From IMG/VR virus record IMGVR_UViG_3300006115_000011, positions 1-56,657 of that record: a stretch of DNA of 56,657 bases; one strand, given 5' to 3'. The notes beneath the pieces are model-generated. The model was not told the DNA's origin. It saw only the letters and a list, made by a program, of their open reading frames with translations, and did no database searches. The position numbers were made by a program, and so were the translations under genes. Of this stretch, positions 9,201-18,345 are shown one piece after another (position 1 is the first letter of the stretch; the number at the start of each line of letters is the position of its first letter). The stretch comes from a virus. Its lineage: Duplodnaviria > Caudoviricetes.

Positions 9201-10543
9201 CTGGATTTCCTGAAGAAGGTTCAGCTACTACAGACTTAGGTAAAGAGTGGCAATACAAAGTTGATTCAATATTTAAACCACATACCGCTGAAGATATTAA
9301 AGAAATATACAGAAATCCAAATATTAATGAAAAACAAAAACAATCAAGACTTCGTATAGAGCATGACCTTCCAATATATGACGAAAAAGATTATGACGCT
9401 CTTAAACTTATTAATGAAATACCTGATAAAAATGTATACACAATTGGTGGAACTAATATTGCAAGAAAGCTAGGGCTTGATCATGTAGCCGATGTATTAC
9501 ATGAAGACTTAACTTCAGGAAGATTGCAACCTGAACAGCTAAATCAAATGTCTATCGAGAAAGCTGTACGCCGTGCTGCAGATTATGACGCACAAAAAGC
9601 TCGCGAGATGACTAAGGCTCACGCTACGTCAGTTGAAGGCATGCCAATACCTAAACAATACGATGATGGTTTCAAATGGGTAGAGCTTAAACATCCTACT
9701 GAATCAGAGAAAACAAAAGGCGCACTTAAATCAGAAGGGGAAATGATGGGACATTGCGTTGGCAGCTATTGTCCTCAAGTTGAAAGTGGCCACACAAAAA
9801 TATATTCATTGCGCGGCCCTGATAACAAATCACATGTAACTATTGAAGCAACTAAAAAGAATCATCTTAATGATTGGTTAGACGCAAATAAAGAAGAGAT
9901 TGAAAAAGATCCTTTATTAAAACAAATGTCTTACTACGATGCTGATGAAAAATATCCTGGTATGTATTCAGAGGAAGAAGTACAACAAGCATACATTGCA
10001 GAAATAACAAAAATGTTAAAAAGAAAAGGTGCTCCAGTACATGAAGCTCCAAACTCATGGATAGATATTGAGCAAGTTAAGGGTAAACAAAACAAACGCC
10101 CTGATGACAAATACCAAAAGTATGTAACTGACTTCATAAAAAATAATCCAACTGGACATGAGATTGCTGACATACATGAATTAAATAATACAAACCTTCA
10201 TGATGTTCAATCTATGATAGCTGAAGGCGTGATGCCTAAAAAACTTCATATGCATCCTATTGTAGATAAAGCAGTTGGTATAGATCAACCTCATCTTGCA
10301 GCAAGAATGAATGATCCTAGATTTAGTAATGAAATTACAGATGAAAAATTTAACCTATTTAAAAACATTGGCAGAGACTTGGCAAACAAAGGCCAATACT
10401 ATGTTGATGATGAAGACATATTAAATGCAATCAAAACAAAATATTTGCCAATTAAAAAAGCCAAAGGTGGGCCAATAGATTTAGAAAAAGAATACAGATT
10501 AGCAAATGTAATAGATTTTAACTCAAGGAGACGTTATGGCTGA
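6197..10543 (+). CDS. Large multi-module (polyvalent-like) protein with a C-terminal PcfJ-like domain
   Basis: 1448 aa. EGEMMGHCVGSY...IYSLR...VTIE...QVKGKQN is PcfJ-like. Modules are separated by AKGG/AGG and KDGG/AQGG/ADGG linkers. Confidence 0.75.
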   Translation: MGVTNKLLQEITEAAAKGLERKAVEVAARDPVLPPPLPRAKPYTDEQLRSFAERMAPQVNGEFVRLDPTTSKNPADLSYKVWKRQQELQHTIVPTREVQSTVPYDPAKWEGHVLSSIVGDPTIGDKEIIDINGKKLVVPSKQEAGSLYGLGEPKDAWASTKNAAKTIQGRIIDTSNIYNAPVLGVYTKGGSGSYSYAHHINDALLKNIYSNLDQMTPKQIQAFNTLIRNHTPEFAGIENLEASLNQFKTNPELRKKFYAEAIKPTNSATMNIPNGSDVVHAALEPDLRYLESGATGHSIMQLDPSQTTLQPATHTTYTNRIPRLENTPVMQSSTPIPYQLQYPDQMQAIMNNPRQAPQPFGTISMGGASQINDAQHVDQISKYLQFMKELTGRAKGGSIHMGAGGSLAEAIVKGVEESAGKAVAPKVNRIDMHFKDVTKRVPELSKGFQQLTTGEITPAGYEALVNQYKPVTPFSFVPKPATPEEAIGALKENQKGLYGVPSQILQEGHPVGLRLDIPAYTNKGVWVPTIHEQISGHGAGPLIGHESVAHVTDPTFGMSQKAAASIAGGNPKGTIATIKGNWKPTTPDETVAKATEIMNDPEWIQVGMDPERHSHFYDRATMEPVVAGKEAIQVGPAVFVKNPTYGKKEDFLYKDGGRAYAQGGGVHMADGGSNMQQNAVDPITAYFMQNINPTNLDMMPSPSSSYIPQKITPSPSQATFNKVSGISPVTNIIKEVTGGIQNGVQNQLPTDIQNAYKNGPQSISDIGIRAANSLAGFPMDIANSLGYGNPSSPYNNNVVPSQSQLNYNMPAKKPAPLTTEAFNEATMPLQSGNSYPALETAAASIGPGIAEDVGSIGKTAVKKGANFLGQELVNAKGANRNLIGKYLNAIDPELNIIKPQGGMLVSGETELERELRHIKKDEGVVGRYVEPENMINVNDSLKDKRAVALNNWIDTKVKKYIRNQAGTENDPIFKAIESGVQYNFDPAMGDTKYMTQVKRAKAGFPEEGSATTDLGKEWQYKVDSIFKPHTAEDIKEIYRNPNINEKQKQSRLRIEHDLPIYDEKDYDALKLINEIPDKNVYTIGGTNIARKLGLDHVADVLHEDLTSGRLQPEQLNQMSIEKAVRRAADYDAQKAREMTKAHATSVEGMPIPKQYDDGFKWVELKHPTESEKTKGALKSEGEMMGHCVGSYCPQVESGHTKIYSLRGPDNKSHVTIEATKKNHLNDWLDANKEEIEKDPLLKQMSYYDADEKYPGMYSEEEVQQAYIAEITKMLKRKGAPVHEAPNSWIDIEQVKGKQNKRPDDKYQKYVTDFIKNNPTGHEIADIHELNNTNLHDVQSMIAEGVMPKKLHMHPIVDKAVGIDQPHLAARMNDPRFSNEITDEKFNLFKNIGRDLANKGQYYVDDEDILNAIKTKYLPIKKAKGGPIDLEKEYRLANVIDFNSRRRYG

Positions 10544-13148
10544 GATGCCCATTGAACAGGAATATGACAGACATATTGCTGGTATAAAAACACAAGAGAA
10601 TGCAGACGGAAGTGCCGAAGTTGAAATACCTGAACAAGAAGAAGGTATTGTAGAGAACGAAGACGGCTCAGCTACTGTACACCTTGAAGAATTTAAAGGT
10701 CCAGCTGAAGATGAAGATTTCTATTCTAACTTAGCTGAATCAGTCAACTTATACGACTTAGATAAGATTGGTAACCGTTATTTAGATTTAATTAAGAAGG
10801 ATAAAGAAGCACGTGAAAAACGCGATAAACAATACGAAGAAGGTATTAGGCGAACTGGTTTGGGTGATGACGCTCCTGGTGGCGCGAATTTTATGGGAGC
10901 TTCTCGCGTGGTACACCCAGTTATGGCAGAAGCCTGCGTCGACTTCGCATCAAGTGCGATCAAAGAACTCTTTCCGCCTGATGGCCCAACGCGAATCCAA
11001 ATCTTAGGTGACGCTGACGAGATCAAGACAGAAGTAGCAGAACGTAAACGTGATTACATGAACTGGCAATTAACGGAGCAGATTGAAGAGTTCCGTGACG
11101 AGCAAGAACAGTTACTCACACAGTTACCGTTAGGTGGCTCACAGTTTATGAAGTTATGGTATGACGAAAAGAAACGTCGTCCATGCGCAGAGTTCGTGCC
11201 TATTGATAACATTCTTTTACCATTCGCATCAGTTAACTTCTACACATCACAACGTGTAACTGAAGTACAACAAATTACTGAGTGGGAATTTAATCAACGT
11301 GTTGATCGTGGTTTATATCGCGATGTTAATCTTATTCGTGCTACATCAGAACCTGAAGAAACTAAATCAGAACAAGCTTCTAATAAAGTTGAAGGTCGTC
11401 AATGGCAAGATAATGAAGATGGTTTACGCACTGTATATCACATCTATACATACCTTGAACTTGATGATGACAAACGTACTAAAGGCGAATCAGCACCATA
11501 CATTATGATGATTGATAGTCTTGAACACAAAATACTAGGTCTATATAGAAACTGGGAGGAAGGCGATGAAACGTTTAACAAGTTGGATTGGCTCATTGAA
11601 TTCAAGTTTATTCCTTGGAGGGGTGCTTACGCAATTGGTCTCCCTCATCTTATTGGCGGCCTTAGTGCTGCTCTTACTGGCGCTCTCCGCGCTCTATTGG
11701 ATACCGCTCATATTAATAACAGCGCTACTATGCTTAAACTCAAAGGCGCGAAGATTAGTGGTTCGTCACAACAGATCGAAGTAACACAAGTATCAGAAAT
11801 TGAAGGCGCACCAGGTGTAGATGATGTACGTAAGATTGCTATGCCTATGCCATTTAATCCACCATCACAAGTATTGTTTGAATTACTTGGTTGGTTAGAT
11901 ACTGCTGCTAAAGGTGTGGTATCAACATCTGAAGAGAAGATTGCAGACATTAATGCAAACTCCCCAGTAGGTACAGCACAAGCTTTAATTGAGCAAGGCG
12001 CAAAAGTATTCTCAGCTATTCACGCACGATTACATGATTCACAAAGACGTGTATTGCAAGTGCTTGGCCGTATCAATCGTTGGTATCTAGATGACATGAA
12101 GAAAGGCGACGTTGTTGCTGACCTTCCTGTTTCACGTGATGACTTCAAACGTAACTCAGACATCGTTCCTGTTTCTGATCCGCACATATTTTCAGAAACA
12201 CAACGTATGGCACAGAATCAAGCCGTATTGCAATTAATGACACAGTTCCCACAAGCGTTTGATCAAAATGCTGTGATTACACGTGTATTAAAACAAATGA
12301 AGGTGCCAGGTGTTAATGAGTTAATGCCAGCTAATGCACAACCAGCAGAGATGGATGCATCTAACGAAAATGCTGCAATGGCTTTAGGTAAATCAGCTTT
12401 TGCTTACCCTGATCAAGATCAACTATCGCATATTCAAGCTCACCTTGATTTTGCATTAGATCCTAATTTAGGTAGCAACAACTTGATTGCACCACAATTC
12501 ATACCACAAGTATTAGAGCATGTAAAACAACATATGGTTCTTTGGTATACACAACAAATGCAAACATATGCTGGTGGCCATCAAAAAGTTAACTTGCAAA
12601 AATATGAAGATAGCAAGCTTAAAACACAAATTGATAAAGTGGTGGCGATTGCTGGTCAACATGTTAAGTTGGATTCACAACAAACATTTTCTGGCGTAGC
12701 ACAAGCATTACAACAACTTGGTCAACTCATGCAGAAATTTGCTCCACAACCGCAAATGGATCCATCAGATCAAGCTGTATTACAAGCTTCTATGGCAGAA
12801 ACAAATCGTCGCGCACAACGCGATCAAGCCGATGTTCAATTGGCTCAACAAAAACTTCAAGCTGATACTCAGTTAAATAGCAACAAGGTTCAAACGGATC
12901 AAGCAATTAAGAACCAAGCTTTACAAACTGATATTCAATTGAAGCAACAAGAGTTAGCACAAGCAAGTGACGCAGATGCAGCTCGCCTTAAAACGGATAT
13001 TGCAATGAATTCACAAAACAATGCTACTGCTGAAAAGATCAAGGCTGCGCAATTAGCCCACGATCAACAGAAGATGCATACAGATTTGGCAACTCATATG
13101 CATGATTCTTTACATAAACACTTAGGAGATAGTAATGGCAATTATTAA
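10536..13148 (+). CDS. Portal protein
   Basis: 870 aa; between terL and the head genes; podovirus-type portal features with a C-terminal Gln-rich coiled barrel. Confidence 0.9.
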   Translation: MAEMPIEQEYDRHIAGIKTQENADGSAEVEIPEQEEGIVENEDGSATVHLEEFKGPAEDEDFYSNLAESVNLYDLDKIGNRYLDLIKKDKEAREKRDKQYEEGIRRTGLGDDAPGGANFMGASRVVHPVMAEACVDFASSAIKELFPPDGPTRIQILGDADEIKTEVAERKRDYMNWQLTEQIEEFRDEQEQLLTQLPLGGSQFMKLWYDEKKRRPCAEFVPIDNILLPFASVNFYTSQRVTEVQQITEWEFNQRVDRGLYRDVNLIRATSEPEETKSEQASNKVEGRQWQDNEDGLRTVYHIYTYLELDDDKRTKGESAPYIMMIDSLEHKILGLYRNWEEGDETFNKLDWLIEFKFIPWRGAYAIGLPHLIGGLSAALTGALRALLDTAHINNSATMLKLKGAKISGSSQQIEVTQVSEIEGAPGVDDVRKIAMPMPFNPPSQVLFELLGWLDTAAKGVVSTSEEKIADINANSPVGTAQALIEQGAKVFSAIHARLHDSQRRVLQVLGRINRWYLDDMKKGDVVADLPVSRDDFKRNSDIVPVSDPHIFSETQRMAQNQAVLQLMTQFPQAFDQNAVITRVLKQMKVPGVNELMPANAQPAEMDASNENAAMALGKSAFAYPDQDQLSHIQAHLDFALDPNLGSNNLIAPQFIPQVLEHVKQHMVLWYTQQMQTYAGGHQKVNLQKYEDSKLKTQIDKVVAIAGQHVKLDSQQTFSGVAQALQQLGQLMQKFAPQPQMDPSDQAVLQASMAETNRRAQRDQADVQLAQQKLQADTQLNSNKVQTDQAIKNQALQTDIQLKQQELAQASDADAARLKTDIAMNSQNNATAEKIKAAQLAHDQQKMHTDLATHMHDSLHKHLGDSNGNY
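11566..11784 (+). CDS. Putative nested membrane protein in the +1 frame of the portal
   Basis: GGAGG SD just upstream of ATG; ~40 aa hydrophobic core with a basic tail; local portal Leu codons avoid TTA. Confidence 0.4.
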   Translation: MKRLTSWIGSLNSSLFLGGVLTQLVSLILLAALVLLLLALSALYWIPLILITALLCLNSKARRLVVRHNRSK

Positions 13149-13413
13149 AAACATTCTCGACAAGATTAAGAGTGATATACAGGACGCTGAGCTTGTAGAA
13201 GATACATCTGCACCTGAAGTTACTTCTGCTCCTGTTGCAGAAACAAACACAGTAGCAACACCTGTTGATACTAAACCACATATGGAAGCAATCGTAACAC
13301 CAAACCATATTCATCCAATACCTAGCAACGTGATCTATCCAAAAGATCCTATCGTTACTGGCGAATGGGTGATTACTGCGGTACCAGCATCATCAACAAC
13401 TGAAGAGGAATAA
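13135..13413 (+). CDS. Hypothetical protein (92 aa)
   Basis: SD AGGAG; in the head operon. Confidence 0.7.
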   Translation: MAIIKNILDKIKSDIQDAELVEDTSAPEVTSAPVAETNTVATPVDTKPHMEAIVTPNHIHPIPSNVIYPKDPIVTGEWVITAVPASSTTEEE

Positions 13414-13414
13414 C

Positions 13415-13591
13415 ATGGATAAATTAGATAAAGAACAAATGAACGACACCGTTAGTATGCAAAAGCGCTTGAAAATGGGTGCTTGGTTAGACGGTGAAAG
13501 TCTTACAGAATCTGGAAGTGCAACTATGACTGAAGCTAATTCAGATCATGGCAACTTCGAGAAGTCATCTATAGCACACGATAATAAATGA
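13415..13591 (+). CDS. Hypothetical protein (58 aa, MDKLDKEQ...)
   Basis: Hand-translated; GAGG SD; ATGA overlap with the next gene. Confidence 0.7.
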   Translation: MDKLDKEQMNDTVSMQKRLKMGAWLDGESLTESGSATMTEANSDHGNFEKSSIAHDNK

Positions 13592-13776
13592 GGTACTCAT
13601 CCGACTATATTGGCGCTGTAAAAGCGCGTCAAGCCGAGATTGCTTACGCATTAGCTAGTGGCAACGCTACTAATTTTGAAAGCTATCAACGTTTGGTCGG
13701 AGAGTATGCAGGCTTATCTGCTGCATTAGATATTTTTAATAACTTACTCAAAGAAGAGGAAACAAAAGAACTATGA
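13588..13776 (+). CDS. Conserved small protein upstream of GroES
   Basis: LASG...FESYQRLVGEYAGL pattern; gene order portal - small ORF - GroES. Confidence 0.75.
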   Translation: MRYSSDYIGAVKARQAEIAYALASGNATNFESYQRLVGEYAGLSAALDIFNNLLKEEETKEL

Positions 13777-14195
13777 GTGAAACATCAGTAGCTGTTGATT
13801 CAGCTGATTTACTGGAAGCTTTTCCAGTTGTAGATCCTGGTGCTATACCATTAGGCGCAAGAATATTAGTACAAATGCGTTTACCAAAGAAAAAGATGAC
13901 GGCTTCAGGAATCATCTTAGCTGAGGAAACTAGGGATACAGAAAAAGCACAGAATCCAATTGGCAAAGTAATAGCGATTGGACCATTAGCGTTTAAAAAG
14001 CGCGACACAATGGAATCATGGCCAGAAGGTTCATGGTGTTCTGTAGGGGACTTTGTTCGCGTACCACGCTGGACAGGTGATCGTTGGGAAATAAAAATTG
14101 ACGCAGATACAACTGTTGAATTTATGCTCATGAACGACCACGAAGTCATTGCTAAATTAACCAGTAGTCCATTAGAAATGAAGGCATTTGTATGA
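13773..14195 (+). CDS. groES: GroES/Cpn10-like co-chaperonin
   Basis: PLGARILV...TASGIIL...GKVIAIGP...VGDFV...LMNDHEVIA. Confidence 0.88.
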   Translation: MSETSVAVDSADLLEAFPVVDPGAIPLGARILVQMRLPKKKMTASGIILAEETRDTEKAQNPIGKVIAIGPLAFKKRDTMESWPEGSWCSVGDFVRVPRWTGDRWEIKIDADTTVEFMLMNDHEVIAKLTSSPLEMKAFV

Positions 14196-15178
14196 TAGAC
14201 GACAATAAAGAAAATGAAGAATTAGATATTAAGGAAGATGCAGATGGCAGCGCTATTGTTGCAGTTCCTAAGGATCTAGAAACAGAAACTACAGAGGTTC
14301 AAGCATCACCAGAAGACTCAGATGAAGCCGATGAAGCAGCAAGACAGGCCGAATTAGCTGACGGTGGTTCTATTGATCCTGACGCAGAAGCAATTCGTGA
14401 AGCAAAAAGAGCTAAAAGACGTGCTAGAAAAGAGTATCACAAGCAAGTTTCAGCTGAAAAAGATCACAAATTGTCATATTTAGAGCGTCAAAATCAAGAA
14501 TTGCTAGAAAGATTAGCTGTTGTTGAGAGAAAAGCGCAAGGATCGGAGATAGCTACTTTAAATAAACAAAAAGAAGAGCTAGAAACTAAGATTTTGTTCG
14601 CAAAACAAAAGATTGAAGAAGCTACAGCTGCTGGCGATGGCAGAATGCTCACTTCAGCCCAAGAAATGTGGTTTGATGCTCGTAAAAATCACGAAGCATT
14701 AGAGAATTTGATCAAACAATCTGTTCAACCTCAACCACAACGAACAATTCAAGCTCCTGATCCAGCAGTACAAAGACATGCATCAGAATTTATGATGGAT
14801 AATCCTTGGTACGATCCTCAAGGTAGGGATACAGACTCTAGAATCACGTTACAGATTGATAGAGACCTATCCGCAGAGGGCTGGAACCCAAAAACACAAG
14901 AATATTGGGAAGAACTCGATAATCGCTTGCAAAAATACTTACCTCACCGTTATAATGAGGGAGAAAGAAATGACGTGGCACCATCTAGAAAACCTAGAAA
15001 CGTTGTTACTAGCTCAGGTAGAGAAAGTTTGGCAAGTAGTGGCGGTGGCAAAAACACCTTCACACTTTCCCCAGATCAAGTCAAGGCAATGAAAGACGCT
15101 GGTATGTGGGATGATCCAGACAAAAAAGCGAAGATGATTCGTCGTTATATAACCGAAGCTAATAACAAAAGAATATAG
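14192..15178 (+). CDS. Putative capsid scaffolding protein
   Basis: Acidic N-terminus, coiled coil, NPWY motif; upstream of the capsid genes. Confidence 0.7.
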   Translation: MIDDNKENEELDIKEDADGSAIVAVPKDLETETTEVQASPEDSDEADEAARQAELADGGSIDPDAEAIREAKRAKRRARKEYHKQVSAEKDHKLSYLERQNQELLERLAVVERKAQGSEIATLNKQKEELETKILFAKQKIEEATAAGDGRMLTSAQEMWFDARKNHEALENLIKQSVQPQPQRTIQAPDPAVQRHASEFMMDNPWYDPQGRDTDSRITLQIDRDLSAEGWNPKTQEYWEELDNRLQKYLPHRYNEGERNDVAPSRKPRNVVTSSGRESLASSGGGKNTFTLSPDQVKAMKDAGMWDDPDKKAKMIRRYITEANNKRI

Positions 15179-15189
15179 GAGAAACTAAA

Positions 15190-15735
15190 ATGGATTCACG
15201 TTTAAAAAAATCATTATCAGCTGGTGGACGCGAAAATCGCGCGAGTCACGACACCGTTCGTGAGGCACCTGAAGATAAGTTCGTATCAGCCGAAGAACGT
15301 CGCAAGATGTGGAAGGATGAGTGGACACAAAGCGCACTGCCAAACGTACCTGAAATGAAGGGTTGGCACCTTTGCTGGTTGTCAACTACTAACAGCTACG
15401 ACAGCATAGACAAACGCATTCGACTCGGCTACACACCTGTAAAATCAGAAGAAATACCTGGGTTCGAGAACTGGCGAGTCAAAGCTGGCGAACACACTGG
15501 CTATATCGCATGTAATGAAATGCTTTTATTTAAGATCCCTAATGACACTTATCAAGACATTATGGCTCACTTTCATCACGATATGCCGCTTGAAGAATCT
15601 AACAAGATTAAAGTTCAAGCAGAGAGTGTGCTAGAAGCTAACCGTGATTCAAACGGTAAGACTCTAGGCAAAATTGAGGGTGATGGTTTGGCTAACATTG
15701 ATAAACCAATGCCTGCTCCCATTTTTGAGGGGTAA
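15190..15735 (+). CDS. Conserved head-region hypothetical protein
   Basis: SD AGGAG; between scaffold and capsid genes. Confidence 0.7.
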   Translation: MDSRLKKSLSAGGRENRASHDTVREAPEDKFVSAEERRKMWKDEWTQSALPNVPEMKGWHLCWLSTTNSYDSIDKRIRLGYTPVKSEEIPGFENWRVKAGEHTGYIACNEMLLFKIPNDTYQDIMAHFHHDMPLEESNKIKVQAESVLEANRDSNGKTLGKIEGDGLANIDKPMPAPIFEG

Positions 15736-15766
15736 GGTACTTTATAATTTTTTATAGGAGTTAGCT

Positions 15767-16342
15767 ATGTCAGCATCATTAGCTGCTTTCGGTTTACGCC
15801 CTGCGTTTCATCCTTCAGGATTAGATCGCGCACAGGCGTTAGCTGGCGGCATCACATCAGGCTACAGCTCAAATATTCTTAAAGGTCAAGCCGTTAAGTA
15901 TATTGCAGGCTCTGGCGTAATTCAGCCTGTTACAAGTACAGAAGCTTTCTCTGGCGCTTTCGCTGGAGTTGAGTGGACAGACACAACAGGTCGCAGACGA
16001 GTAAGTAATTACTGGCCTGCAAACACAGCATACACAACTGGATCTTGTGTTGCATATTTTTACAACGATCCAAACATTGTTTATGAAATTCAATCAGACG
16101 GCTCCATCAGCCAATCAGCTGTTGGTGAGTGCGCAAACCTCTCTAACTTAGCAGCAGGTTCAAGCACAACTGGTCTTTCACAATCAACTGTTTCTGCAAC
16201 AATTCAAGCAACTGGCGTTCAAGGCCAAGTGCGTATTGTTGACTTGGCACCTATCCCAGGCAATGCTTGGGGGGATTCTTACACAATCGTTAGAGTTACG
16301 GTAGCGAATACACAATTCGTTTATCCTAACCCTGGCATTTAA
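15767..16342 (+). CDS. Putative capsid decoration/cement protein
   Basis: FGLRP N-terminal motif, DPNIVYEIQ; immediately upstream of the major capsid gene. Confidence 0.65.
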   Translation: MSASLAAFGLRPAFHPSGLDRAQALAGGITSGYSSNILKGQAVKYIAGSGVIQPVTSTEAFSGAFAGVEWTDTTGRRRVSNYWPANTAYTTGSCVAYFYNDPNIVYEIQSDGSISQSAVGECANLSNLAAGSSTTGLSQSTVSATIQATGVQGQVRIVDLAPIPGNAWGDSYTIVRVTVANTQFVYPNPGI

Positions 16343-16358
16343 TTAGGAGGTATAAAAC

Positions 16359-17273
16359 ATGGCAGCTCCAATGCGTAGTACGGACTTCCGAAGTATCGTT
16401 GAACCAATCCTTAATGAATGCTTCGATGGCGTATATGATCAACGTACCGATGAATGGTCACGCGTTTTCCGTGAACAAGACGGTATTCCAAGAAACTATC
16501 ACGAAGAACCAGTTCTTTACGGTTTCGGCACAGCACCACAGTTACCTGATGGCACACCAGTGTCTTATCAACAAGGTGGTGTTCTCTTCTTACAACGTTA
16601 TGTTTACCAAGTTTACGGACTTGCGTTTGCATTAACGAAAGTTCTTGTAGAAGATGGTGACCATATCCGTATCGGACAAGTTTATGCAAGACACTTAGCA
16701 CAATCTTTAATTGAAACTAAAGAAACACTTTGCGCTAACATTCTTAACAATGCATTTAACTCTTCATACACAGGTGGCGACGGCGTTCAATTGAACTCTA
16801 CAGCTCACCCAATCGTTAACGGCACTGTAAGTAACTTACTTTCAACTGCTGCTAACCTTTCACAAACATCACTTGAACAAATGTTAATTCAAATCCGTCA
16901 AGCTGTTGACAACAACGGTAAGAAGATTCGTTTAGTACCAAGACAACTTGTTGTTGCTCCTGGTAACATTTTCCAAGCTGAAGTATTGTTAAAATCTGTT
17001 TTAAGAACAGGTACTGCTAACAACGACGTAAACCCAATTAAATCAATTGGTTTATTAGATGAAGGCGCTGCTGTTCTTTCACGTTTAACATCTTCAACAG
17101 CATGGTGGGTTCAAACAGATGCTCCAGAAGGTATGAAGCTCTTAATGCGTCGTAAGTTAGAAAAAACTATGGAAGGTGACTTTGAAACAGATTCAATGCG
17201 TTACAAAGCTACTGAGCGTTATATTCCAGGTTGGACTGACTGGCGTGCAATGTTTGGTACTCCAGGCGTTTAA
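16359..17273 (+). CDS. Major capsid protein (HK97 fold)
   Basis: Strong SD AGGAGG; biased codon use; C-terminal DFETDSMRYKATERY...DWRAMFG; followed by a terminator. Confidence 0.9.
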   Translation: MAAPMRSTDFRSIVEPILNECFDGVYDQRTDEWSRVFREQDGIPRNYHEEPVLYGFGTAPQLPDGTPVSYQQGGVLFLQRYVYQVYGLAFALTKVLVEDGDHIRIGQVYARHLAQSLIETKETLCANILNNAFNSSYTGGDGVQLNSTAHPIVNGTVSNLLSTAANLSQTSLEQMLIQIRQAVDNNGKKIRLVPRQLVVAPGNIFQAEVLLKSVLRTGTANNDVNPIKSIGLLDEGAAVLSRLTSSTAWWVQTDAPEGMKLLMRRKLEKTMEGDFETDSMRYKATERYIPGWTDWRAMFGTPGV

Positions 17274-17285
17274 GTAACACAATCA

Positions 17286-17315
17286 GAGTGGGGAGGAAAC
17301 TCCCCTCTCATTTTT
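17286..17315 (+). terminator. Terminator after the major capsid gene
   Basis: GAGTGGGGAG-GAAA-CTCCCCTCTC hairpin followed by a T-run. Confidence 0.85.
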
Positions 17316-17352
17316 ATTAACATTATGTCAAGCTTTTCAAGGAGAAGACACA

Positions 17353-18333
17353 ATGCCACAATTTAGTGACGATCTGTTTTTAGGTTCAGCAAAAACCTTT
17401 ATGGGCATCGCTAAACAGGATTCAACTTCTGTTTTCACAGGCTCAATTGCAACAACAACATTAACTGTTACAGCTATGTTATCTGGCGATCCATTGGTCG
17501 TTGGTCAATATATTACTGGTGCTAACGTTTCAGCAGGTACTTACATTACTGCATTCGTTTCAGGCACAGGTGGTACTGGTACATACACTGTTAACACTTC
17601 ACAAACTGCTGCTAGCGCAACTGTTTACGCTAACGGTAATGCTTTATTAGGTGATCCAGCTCCAATGGACTTAGGTATTGGCCCATTAGGTCGTATCTAT
17701 ATATGGGACACAATCCCTGTTACTAAAGCTAATAACAACGTATCAGCTGCTGCTACATATTCAGCTGCAGGTTCTGCAACACTTGCTGCAGGTACAGGCA
17801 CTTCATCTGTAACACGTACAGACGGCACAACAGTAATTCAATTAGACGTACCACGTGGTCTTTCAATCACAATTGGTACAGGTACAATTACAAACCGTAA
17901 CGTAACTATTTCAGGTTATGACTATTATGGCCAAGCAATGACTGAAATCATCGCAACAGGCACTACACAATCTACAACTATCAACGGTAAAAAAGCTTTC
18001 TACCAAGTTTCTGGTGCAACAGTATCAGGCGCAGTAGGCGGTACAGTTGCTATTGGTACATCAGACGTTTTAGGTTGCCCTGTTCGTTTCATTGACAGAG
18101 GTTATCTTGATAGCGTGGGTTGGAATAACGTTCTTGCTGAAGATGTTGCTACTACAGTAGTTGCTGATTTAACAAACCCAGCTACATCATCAACTGGTGA
18201 CGTACGCGGCACAATCACTCCATCAAGCTCACCTGATGGCACTAAACGTTTAGTTGTTGGTATTTACTTACCAGCTATCGCTGTAGGCCCAAATGCAACA
18301 CGACTTGGCGCTCTTGGCGTAGACCAAGCTTAA
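17353..18333 (+). CDS. Virion structural protein with one intact 'FTGSI...TGTYTVN' beta domain
   Basis: Thr/Gly-rich, directly after the capsid gene; shares a domain with 25702-27117. Confidence 0.7.
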   Translation: MPQFSDDLFLGSAKTFMGIAKQDSTSVFTGSIATTTLTVTAMLSGDPLVVGQYITGANVSAGTYITAFVSGTGGTGTYTVNTSQTAASATVYANGNALLGDPAPMDLGIGPLGRIYIWDTIPVTKANNNVSAAATYSAAGSATLAAGTGTSSVTRTDGTTVIQLDVPRGLSITIGTGTITNRNVTISGYDYYGQAMTEIIATGTTQSTTINGKKAFYQVSGATVSGAVGGTVAIGTSDVLGCPVRFIDRGYLDSVGWNNVLAEDVATTVVADLTNPATSSTGDVRGTITPSSSPDGTKRLVVGIYLPAIAVGPNATRLGALGVDQA

Positions 18334-18345
18334 GGAGAAATATAA

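Noticed and set aside
13773-14195. GroES without GroEL as a novelty
   Set aside because: Phage-encoded co-chaperonins that use host GroEL are well known (T4 gp31 type).
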